NCBI GenBank assembly: GCA_001643675.2
Contig: LSRY02000033.1
Coordinates: 682,001-746,000 of the forward strand
DNA: 64,000 bases
Direction of reading: 5' to 3'
From: Monocercomonoides exilis PA203
Lineage: Eukaryota > Protista > Preaxostyla
The notes beneath the pieces are model-generated. The model had not been told where the DNA came from and searched no databases. It saw only the letters and a program-made list of their open reading frames with translations. Shown here piece by piece: positions 13,843-23,451 of this stretch. Positions within the stretch are counted from its first letter, which is position 1. Every line of letters starts with the position of its first letter. The position numbers were made by a program, and so were the translations under genes.

Positions 13843-15921
13843 TTATTTCTTTGCTTTGATTCCATATTTTTGATTTCTCCATTGCTTTTTCTTGTTCGGC
13901 ACGCATTCATCTGTAACCCACAAAAAGCATTTCTTCATTGGAGTTGTTTTGAATTGCCATTCTCTTCTACGTCTACAATTTTCTTTGAGAGTTGAGCGTT
14001 GCTCTGTTTTATGATTAATGCACTGCTTCTGATGAAAAGATGACGCTTTCATTGAAAATAAGCTTAGTGGGGTAAGAACAACATCATATTGATTTGAAAG
14101 AGAAAAGTCAGAAGCAGAATCTTCATTGCATTTCTCTTCTTCGAGCATTGGAGCTTCGGATGAAGATGAACTTGTTGAAGTCTTTGACAAATGTTCGTAA
14201 TCTTCAATGGAAGAAATGACATGACATGGCTCAGGGGAGGAACAGGAAGGCTGTTGAAAGTCAAGAAGCGGATCAAAAGCTGGTGATGAAGAATGAATTG
14301 AAGTAACATATTGAAAAGTATTTAGCTTTGAAAGTGATGAAAAAGATGACGATTTGAAAAGCTGTGAAGATTTTGAAGAATTAATTGAATGTGATTTTGT
14401 TTGTGAAGAGGCAATAAGTTCAGAAACAGAAGGATTCTCTTTTGAAAGATAACCCATAGTTTTTCTTCTGTTTATCGTTGATGATCCTGATAAGAAAAGA
14501 TAGAGATTAGAGGCAGTTTGTCTGAAGCTATCAAGACTGCTTTCATTATGCAACCCATTTGCTTCATCGATTTTTCTGTTTATCAGATTTATTTGAAAGC
14601 GTTCGAGGGATGTCAAATTTGCATTTTTAACTTTTCTTTCGTTTTTTTCCTCTTTTCTTTTGATTCTTTTCTCCAACTTCATTCTTTCTTCAGCAACTTC
14701 TTGATTATCACCATTCTCCTTTGCTGCTTTCAGCCTCTCTTTCAACTCCTCAACTGTCTCTCTGTCAGATCTTCCCCTCTTCAGCTCGTTTTGCTCTCTT
14801 TCTTCTTTCGCCCTTGCCTTCTGCTCTGCCCTGTCCCATAGCGCTTTTTCATCTTCGTCAACAATCCACCCTTTTCTCACCCAAACCCCAAACACCTGCT
14901 TAAACTCCTTTGCTGCAGCTATCTCTCTCTTTGCGACTTGAAGCCGTTTTTTCTTTTCTTTTTCGCTCTCTTGCTCTTCGGCTTTCCCCTGCTGATTTGG
15001 CATGAAGGGTATGCTGGAGACTGCTTCTGTCTCCATTTGCTGCCAAGACTTAAGCATCAGCGCTTTTTGCACATCGACAATTTCAGATCTCTTCTCCGGG
15101 TCCCATTCAGCAGCTGCATCGAACGTCATTGTGTTTTTTGTGCTTGGCGTTGGCTCCCACGTGACTAGTGCATTAACCATGTCTTCATCTGGTAACGATG
15201 AAACGAAATAGTCTGCACCTTTCGTACGATCGACGATTTCTGCAACATTTGTGTTAATAAATTGGCTGTCCTTTTCAGGACTCTTTTCTTTCTGTTGAAC
15301 TAAATTTTCTGAAAGAAACCTTGAAATTTCAAAAAACATTTCGCGGTGCTCTTTTATGGGCTTAAGCAGGTCGAAAAATTCTTTTTCCACTGGATTTTTA
15401 ATATCCTTATCATCAAATGTGCAACTGTGATATTTGCATAATTGCATTCTCGAGCATTTATTGTTCTTCTTCTCAATTTTTGCTTCAGTTGATATGTGGC
15501 TTTCATTTTTTTCAAGAAAAGTCAAACTATTTGAAGAAAAATGCGGGTTGTCCTTTTCATTATACAAAAATGAATGATCAAAAGGGGCGCAACGTGCTGA
15601 AGAAGCAGACGCATCAAAACACAAAGGAAAATTCAGCAGATTATAAGTTGAAGAAGTATTTATTTTTGAAGGGACATGCTTAATACTGTTTGAACTATTC
15701 AATTGTATTTCTTGATCAACGTCTTGAGCTCGCAAATCTTTTGTTTGCTGTAACTGAAAATGAAATGGAGAAGATGCATTCGACATATCAAAAGTAACTT
15801 GCTTTTGCGAAGAAATTTCTGAAATATATGATGAAGAAAGCGGAATTGTCAAAACATTCTCATTGTTCTTAAAATTGTGAAGATGCTGTTCATTTGGTTG
15901 GGTATAATAAGTTGAGTGCAT
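13843..15921 (-). CDS. Hypothetical protein with a central charged coiled-coil region and Ser-rich flanks
   Basis: 692-aa ORF in AT-rich DNA with a K/E/R-rich helical segment; no recognised domain. Confidence 0.65.
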   Translation of the reverse strand: MHSTYYTQPNEQHLHNFKNNENVLTIPLSSSYISEISSQKQVTFDMSNASSPFHFQLQQTKDLRAQDVDQEIQLNSSNSIKHVPSKINTSSTYNLLNFPLCFDASASSARCAPFDHSFLYNEKDNPHFSSNSLTFLEKNESHISTEAKIEKKNNKCSRMQLCKYHSCTFDDKDIKNPVEKEFFDLLKPIKEHREMFFEISRFLSENLVQQKEKSPEKDSQFINTNVAEIVDRTKGADYFVSSLPDEDMVNALVTWEPTPSTKNTMTFDAAAEWDPEKRSEIVDVQKALMLKSWQQMETEAVSSIPFMPNQQGKAEEQESEKEKKKRLQVAKREIAAAKEFKQVFGVWVRKGWIVDEDEKALWDRAEQKARAKEEREQNELKRGRSDRETVEELKERLKAAKENGDNQEVAEERMKLEKRIKRKEEKNERKVKNANLTSLERFQINLINRKIDEANGLHNESSLDSFRQTASNLYLFLSGSSTINRRKTMGYLSKENPSVSELIASSQTKSHSINSSKSSQLFKSSSFSSLSKLNTFQYVTSIHSSSPAFDPLLDFQQPSCSSPEPCHVISSIEDYEHLSKTSTSSSSSEAPMLEEEKCNEDSASDFSLSNQYDVVLTPLSLFSMKASSFHQKQCINHKTEQRSTLKENCRRRREWQFKTTPMKKCFLWVTDECVPNKKKQWRNQKYGIKAKK

Positions 15922-16261
15922 TCTATGTGCATTGACTTTATTTTCTCGAAGACTAAAAAATTCAGTTTTAATTTCAGTTGGTATCTAATAATAAAAGTGT
16001 TTTTGAAATGAAAAAGAATTAAAAAATAATTTCAATCTTAACTTATTTCCAAAAAAATTGAATTTCACACTACTTCTACAGACTTGGAGTCTTTTAAATT
16101 ATCCTCATTCATAAAACATTAATTCTCGAATCCAAAAAAATAAATATGGCATTAAATACCCTTTTTGGAGTAAAAAATAAGAATAAAAACATTCTATAAA
16201 TAATAACAACAAACAAATAAATTAAGAAATATTGGAAAGAGTAGGGAATAAACTTAGCATA

Positions 16262-17073
16262 TCAAAGCTTTTGCTTTTTCTTTTTAAGCTTCGATATTTC
16301 GCTTGATGAAAGCTTTTCTGTTGCATATCTAAAGGTTACATTGTGCATTTCATCAATATGTTCTTCAAGAAATGCTTTTAACAAAGCTACATCTCTTTTC
16401 CCAACCTCTCTTAACATCCAGCCGACTGCTTTGTGAATTAGGTCTTGCTTATCTCCAAGAAGAGTAAGTGCAACGTTAATTGCTGGTTCAAAATCGCCCT
16501 TCTTTATTTTACAAAATGTAGCCAACATGGCTATTCGTCTATCCCACATTGACTGAGATTTTGACAGTTCGTCAAGTAATGGATCATCTTTTTTAATACG
16601 ATGTTCGAGAACAATATGTGCGGAACAATCAACCAAATCCCAATTATTGACATATTCTTTATTTTTCAAGTAAAGCTCTCCAATTTCTTCTTTTTCTTCT
16701 TTGCTTCCCTTTTTGTACTTCTCGCACATCATCAAAAGTGAAAAGACTCGTATTTCATGATTAGGGTTTTTAACAAGTAAATCCAGATCATCCAGCGTCA
16801 AATCTTTAAAATCCTTCATAAAACTTCTGATTTTTGGCATGCGAATACCGAGAAATACATCTCCTTCTCCATATTGTCCTGGCGCAACACGGAAATATTT
16901 TTTCAATTGTTTTGCTTCTTCCGGAGAAGCAGCCTCCATAAATACTTGCTTCACCTGTTCCACTGTTTCAAACAATAAAATTGACAATAAATATCATTTT
17001 ATTATGCTGTATAACTTTTCATTATACCTCTATCAGCAACAGTTGATTGATCCATTATTTTTATGGGTGCCAT
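16262..17073 (-). CDS. alkD: AlkD-family DNA alkylation repair enzyme (HEAT-like DNA glycosylase); exons 17073-17028 and 16962-16262 (248 aa)
   Basis: YGEGDVFLGIRMPKIR, NNWDLVD, WDRRIAM, DLIHKAVGWMLREVGKRD, RYATEK. A GT...CAG intron at 17027-16963 connects an upstream ATG exon in frame. Confidence 0.9.
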
Positions 17074-17131
17074 GTTTCGGGAGGAAAAAGTGGATTTATT
17101 AAATGTACAGCTTTAAAAATAATCTTCAGTA

Positions 17132-17648
17132 TTTGGTAAGAGCAGAAGATAGGGGTACCTAAAAATCTTTAAGCTTATCATTCATCCGACATAATTATTA
17201 AGCCACATGCTATTTATATGATAAATAAAAACAATTTTTTAGGTTTGGAGAAAAATTAGTGTGTATCAATGAATAAATCTTGAAAAAAAGAAACCCAAAA
17301 TATTAACTGGAAAAATAATATTGAAACGTCACGGCTATCCACAACTCCAAAATCTTCTTTATATATTGCACCATTGAAAAGCATGATAGTACGTCCTGCT
17401 TCAAGGTATTTGACGGTAATAATTTAATTTTTCCTTTTCATATCAAATTTATTAAATGGAACAAAATAATTAAAACCTTTAAAATGAATTTGAATATGAA
17501 ATTGTTTGTTTCATTTTTCCTTCATAATTTTCTTATTTGATATGTAACTTATATGAAACACATGAATTAATGTGAATATCATTTTTATTACAAAATATTG
17601 CAAAACAATGAAAAAACTTTGGTACCCCTATTTTCTGCATTTACCCAG
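17132..17648. mobile_element. Non-autonomous Tc1/mariner-type MITE (~517 bp)
   Basis: Imperfect ~28-bp terminal inverted repeats: TTTGGTAAGAGCAGAAGATAGGGGTACC versus the right end read as reverse complement, CTGGGTAAATGCAGAAAATAGGGGTACC. TA on both sides (17130-17131, 17649-17650); non-coding AT-rich interior. Confidence 0.65.
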
Positions 17649-17847
17649 TATTTTGCATTTCGTTATAAAAAGGAGAAAAAAATGAAGGTTACAGCTAGAG
17701 AAAGGTTGTTTTTGATAGAAAATGAGTTGTAATGGAAATATTCAAAATATAATATGAATAATTAGGGACAAAATCAATCTTTGCAAAGTGGTTTTGGCTT
17801 CTATTGTATGCATGTGATCTATTGAAATATGTTTATGAGGAAATTAT

Positions 17848-18342
17848 TTAGAATCCCCACATCCCGCCACCAGCTCCGCCGGTTGCACCGTATCCACCAG
17901 CATTGATGTTGTTCATTCCTGCAGCACCTCCGTATGCGTTTGTTGCACCTCCGAAGTTTCCTGCACCGAACATGTTGTTGTTCATGGCAGCAGCGTTAAG
18001 GTTAGCTGCACCATATCCATTGGTTCCTGAAGCGCAAACATCGTTGATGTTGTTGTACATAACTTGGTTGGCATTGCGGACGGCGTAGTTGTTGTTTCCA
18101 TAAGCTCCCATTGCGTTAACATCAGCAAGGCATGCATTGGTGTTGTAGGCGTTAGCTTGTTGGCCATATCCCATCATATCTCCACCAGCTCCGTATGCGT
18201 TAGCCATGTTTGTGTTTTCATAGCCTGCACCCATCATTCCTCCTCCTCCTCCCATGTATCCCATTGGCATTCCCCATCCCATGCACGGCATTCCACAGAA
18301 CTGAGCAGAGCTCAAAGACAAAAGTGCAAGAACAATGTACAT
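17848..18342 (-). CDS. Small secreted Gly/Asn/Ala/Met-rich protein
   Basis: Signal-peptide-like MYIVLALLSLSSA, followed by repeated NAYG/GYG/NN motifs; intact 164-aa ORF with higher GC than its flanks. Confidence 0.8.
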   Translation of the reverse strand: MYIVLALLSLSSAQFCGMPCMGWGMPMGYMGGGGGMMGAGYENTNMANAYGAGGDMMGYGQQANAYNTNACLADVNAMGAYGNNNYAVRNANQVMYNNINDVCASGTNGYGAANLNAAAMNNNMFGAGNFGGATNAYGGAAGMNNINAGGYGATGGAGGGMWGF

Positions 18343-18502
18343 CTTAATTACTTATAGTAAATTATGTCGATGCTGTTTTAAATTTTTTACGATTTATATC
18401 ATTTTTCAAAACTGTAAATTTACAACATCTCGTCACTTTTTCAATTCGAATATTCTTAAGAATAAAATGTGGGTATTCAAACTTCTTACCATAACAAAAT
18501 TA

Positions 18503-21500
18503 ATGTCATCAAAAAAGACTTACATCATACTTTCCAAGGGAGTTGAAAAGAAAGTACTTGTAAATGGAGCATCTACAAAGAAGTTATTTTCGGATGCGAA
18601 AGAAAATTATTTGAAAAATGCGGACACAGGCGACGAACATTTTTATTATGAAGGGCGCTTCTGGCCTGAAGATCCAAACTCAGTCAATCGATATGTTCTT
18701 GGTTTGCGATTTTCCATTTTTTATTTATGAATTAATACGACTTTATTTGTTTCATAAATGAAGTGAGTCTTGTCAAAAATCCTGCTCTGTTTCAAGAACA
18801 TCTGGAAGCTGCAATTAAAGTTTGTATCGAAACCGTTTCAATTTGTTTACATTTAAATTACATATTAATATTTAGAAAGGAAAAGAATTGGAAGCAGCTG
18901 CTTCCAGCTTGGCACAAGAAACATCTGATCCTGCCCCGCCAATGCCCTCAGACGTCATTGAGCCTCCTGAACCATCACCTTTAGCATCTTCTTCTTCCTT
19001 TTCCTCTGAAAGCGAAATTCCTCAAACAGAAGAACAAACAAATTCAAGCAATCAGATTATGCAAGAAGACCAAAGTAAGGATTTGGAGGTTTCAAAAGAT
19101 AAGGAGCCAGAAAGCAAACAAGAACCTTCAAATGCAGACAACCAATCAGTTTTTCCAAGTGATGATTTGCAAGCGAATGAACCACCAGCACCATATCCAG
19201 AATCATCTATTGAACCATCAGCTTCACCTGCACAATCACCAAAACCAGAGTTGTCTCAACCACCTGAAATGTCAGCAGAACCTTTGATGGAACCTCCGCC
19301 TACCGTTGATACAGCACTTAGCGATCCACCTGCACCACTTCCACAAGAAGAGCAAGCTCCCCCAAGCGATCTCCCGGAGCCTCCTTTGCCTGATGTGCTT
19401 GAAGCTCCTCCAGTTACACCGTCACTTCAAACGCCAGCTCTTCCCGCTCCTCCAACAGAACCACCACCTCCATCAGATCAAATGATATCCCCGCCTCTGC
19501 CACCAGACCTCGGCGAGCCTGGGCTTCCTCCACAGGACGACCTGCCTCAGCCAGCCGAGATGCTTCCACAGTCGCCTCATCGCTCGATTACTCCACCGCC
19601 AGAAGAAATCGGAATCTCTTCAACAGAATGGGATCTGAGCGAAGAGAACGAAGAAGCAATGACTGCGCAGAAGGAGATCCGGTCTTATTACTTGGGCGGG
19701 TATGTCGATTTGAGGCCTCTTGTTGGGCTGACGAAGATGAACACACACGAGAAAGAAAGAAGAAAGCGCAGAAAATCGCTCAAAAAGCCTAAAACAGAAC
19801 AGACAGCTGCAGACGTGTCTGACTCTGAATCGAGTTCTTCTGATTCTCTTTCTGATGAAGCTTTCAAAGCAGTCAAAGAAGTTAGTCCTGCTGCTTTGTC
19901 AATTTTGTCAGGAATGCCTTCCATTTCTCCCTCACAGCGCTCATCAAAGCCTCTTTCTTTATCAACAACGTATTCTCGTGTTCTTCTTGCAAGAGAAAAA
20001 GCATTTTCCAGGCAAATACCTTATTCCAGCGAAACTCTTTTGTCTGTGTTTTGCAGAAAACCTTAGATGTTATTCATGCATTTTTTTGTTTCAATTATCC
20101 TCGAATATTTTAATATTATTGTCTTATACGATTTTTATTTGTTTGAAGTATACTCTTGTCTTATGAAATTTGAGTTTGTTATAACAGTTTTCACATCACC
20201 ATCAAGTTTTTTTATTTCATTTGGTTTTTAATTGTGATATGGGCATTAATGATCATTTTTCAATAATTCGCTTTTCTTCGTCTTAGCAGGGACAAAATGT
20301 CAAGGGAAAGCGATGACGATAATCGCAGTAATTCAGAGGAAGAAAATGAAGAAGAAGAAAAGATCATTGAACCGGAGATTCTGGTTGAAAAATTAGATGT
20401 TTGAAAAAGAATTTTAAGCCAATTGCAAATCTTATTCAAACTTCTTTTTATAGATAAATGAGATACCTTTGCTTTTGCAGCGCATTCAAGAAGGTTCGGA
20501 AGATGAAAGAGTTCCATGCGTTCAAAAACTTGGATTACTTGTTTTAAGAAGTGTGATGTTTATGACATTTAAAAAATCTCTTTCAAGCAGTGTGATTTGA
20601 ATAACACAGAGCAAGAGAGCGTTCCCCTTATGCTTAATTATGGAGTTCTTACGATGATTTCTGATTTGATGAAAGATCCAATACCTGAAGATTTATATGT
20701 TTGAAATATTACTTTTCTTTTAAAAGAATAAACAGCTGTATTTAGATAGCATGCTCGGATTTATTAAATATGATACAACTTCGTACTGCGCCATTTTCAC
20801 ACGAAACTTCTGCGATGTTTTACATTGATCCATTGCTAACAATTTCAGAGGTTTGCCTCAAATATTAATTTTTTGAAATTTTTTATTCATTTGCTTAAAT
20901 GCAATATTTGTAGGAATCAGATCCCGATCTGTACATGACTTTTATTCCTGCTTTTGCAACAATTCTTTCATCCGGGCCATCTCAACAATTAGCTTTGCTT
21001 TCTTCAACATTTGCTGATCGTCTTCCAACAATCATATCATCATTTTCACCATCATCAAGTGAAAGATTTGGCTTTGGCTTATTCCAATCTGGTGGCGATG
21101 GACTCCACAAAAAGGAGGAAATCACACCTATTCGTGTTTTAGGTTCACTTCTTGTTGGGATATCATCTTTCCTTTCATCTGCAGTCACTTCCACTTCACT
21201 ATCAGCTTCCACTTCATCATCATCATCATCATCATCATCAACTTCTTCTTCTTCTTCTTCTTCAACATTGACAGCTCCTTCTTCGTCTATGTCAACAACT
21301 ACACAATCACAGTCTCCAATCACGAAAGAATCGATAGATTCCTGCTTGGATCGACTTTTACCTCTGATTCCTATTCTGCCACCTTTTGCGGAGTCTGATG
21401 ACGAGGTTGTTGCTCAGAATGCACTGTGGATCCTGAAGCAGTTAAACAAAAGACAGCGTGAACTGAACAAGCTCAACAAAAAGCAACTCCCAACCGAAGA

Positions 21501-23096
21501 TGAAGTGGAGAACGAAATTGCACAGACTGTGCAAGCCGAACGAGAGAGCGTGTCTTTTGTTCCATTCTCGTCCGCAGGATCGCGAAGCAGTGCTGCCTTC
21601 AGCTTGATCCCCTCTCCTCCCAAGACGGGGCTGCGGCGTCAGGGTTCTCTTGCAGGCTTTTCGCTGCTGGCTGGCTCGCGGAGTGGGCACAGCAGCCTGG
21701 CAGAGCTTACGTGGACTGACAGAGGGACAAGCATAGTGGCTGGCGGAGGTGGAGTGAAAAGATCAGGTAGCAGCGTTGCGAGCGGGAGTTTGGTAAGTCA
21801 CAGCTCTGGGAGGAGAGGAAAGGGGGTGTTTGGAACACTGCTGAGTGAGAATGAGCGCACGGGCCCAACTCCTCTTCCACCGCACTTGAAAGACAAAGAA
21901 GCGCCAGTTCCTCCGCCGTCTGTCATTGACGTTCTTCCAAAAATCATTGAGACTAACAAGCCGGACGAAAAAGGCAAATCAGGTTTGCAAAAAGAATAAA
22001 ATGCCATTTTTTTTTTTAAACAATACAATCAACCAATTTCTTTTTGTTTTGTATTTGAAACATAATAAATGCATTTTGATACATTTTTTTTTCCACATTT
22101 AGTTTTCGAGTTAAATGTCCGTCGTGATCTGCTCTTCTGTTTTTCTCAGCCATCTGCAGCCGAAACATTTGGAAATATTGTTCTTCTAAACTCGCCTACA
22201 ACTACAACAGTTGCACTGGACCTGATCGTTTCACAGGGAATTTGGAAATGCGACTTCAGATTTAATAAAACACAAAGAAACAAAAAAGGTTTGCTCAAAA
22301 TTTTGATGAAGTGCGAAGGGGATGAAAACAGAACTGTTTCAAATTTGATGTATTTTAAAGCTTATGATAATTATTCGAATAATCACTTATGTTTCATGTG
22401 CATTTCAATTTATTCACTTTAAAAAATCATTAAGCTGTTGGGGTGATTGACTCAACAGCATACATAGGTTCAGATTTCCTTCCTGGAAGAGGCAGAGAAA
22501 GTTTAGGCTATTATGGATTGAAGTGTGTTCATCCTTGTTTGCAATGAAAATAAACAAAACTGTTTTTTTTCAATTCTTAATCACCTTTTGTGTAATCGAT
22601 TTTAATTCTATAAAAAAACACACATCTCATTAATGATGATGTGTTTCTTTATCTTTATCTTTATCTTTATCTTAATCTTTATCTTTCTTTCTTTCTTTCT
22701 TTTTCTTTTTCTTTTTCTTTTTCTTTTCTTTTTTTAAAACTATAGTGCGCCTGTGAGACAGGGAGGCCAATGGATAATGGGGAATGACGAGTGGGGAGAT
22801 GGCGATGTTGTAAGTGTGGAATTGAATATGTCCACAACTGTGCACACTTGTCACTTCTGGGTAAATGGCAATCAGCAGCCCGTTTATTTTACCCATTTGC
22901 CAAAATCGCTGAAAATTATTGTTTGATTTTAATTGAATTTCTTAGCTTATGACAATTTTTTTTTCTTAAAATGAAATTTCTTATTTAGGCTCTTATAAGT
23001 GGATCAGGTGCTACGTTTGAAGTTATTGCATTGAAGCGCTTGGCTTCTTCAAACTTAAGAATAATGCTATGGGAAACTCCTGTTCAATGGTCATGA
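18503..23096 (+). CDS. Multi-exon protein: Pro-rich region, helical (ARM-like) middle, C-terminal SPRY/B30.2-like domain
   Basis: ORFs 18888-20066 and 20935-21999 plus small exons are linked by GT...AG introns. C-terminal exons read GIWKCDFRF, VGVIDS, SLGYYG, WGDGDVVSVELNM, CHFWVNGNQQPVYF (SPRY-like). Stop TGA at 23094-23096. Some internal exon borders were not fully resolved. Confidence 0.65.
22645..22735. repeat. Intronic microsatellite (ATCTTT)n/(TTTC)n/(TTTTTC)n
   Basis: Directly visible tandem pyrimidine-rich repeats. Confidence 0.85.
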
Positions 23097-23451
23097 TCTG
23101 AATGAGTGATTAATTTCGTCTTTGTTCAATATTTTATTTTATTCTGATAGAGAAATTTAAACAAAAAAAGTTTAGTTCAAGAAGAATCTTGCTTGAAATT
23201 GTTTATATGAGATTCTTCCAATTGTTGAATTTTTATTTTTTGCTATGATTATTTTGTTTGATGTTTCATTTTTGGGATTATTTGTCAAATGAAAATTGAT
23301 TACAATTCTTTTTGTAAGGTAAAGGATTATGGCTGCTATTTTTTGTGTTTTTATAATTTTTTGTTTTTTGCTATTGAACTTTCTTCAACTTTTTTTCTTA
23401 ATAAAATATTACAAATGAATAATTTCAAAATTATTAAATTTTGTTTCAAAG

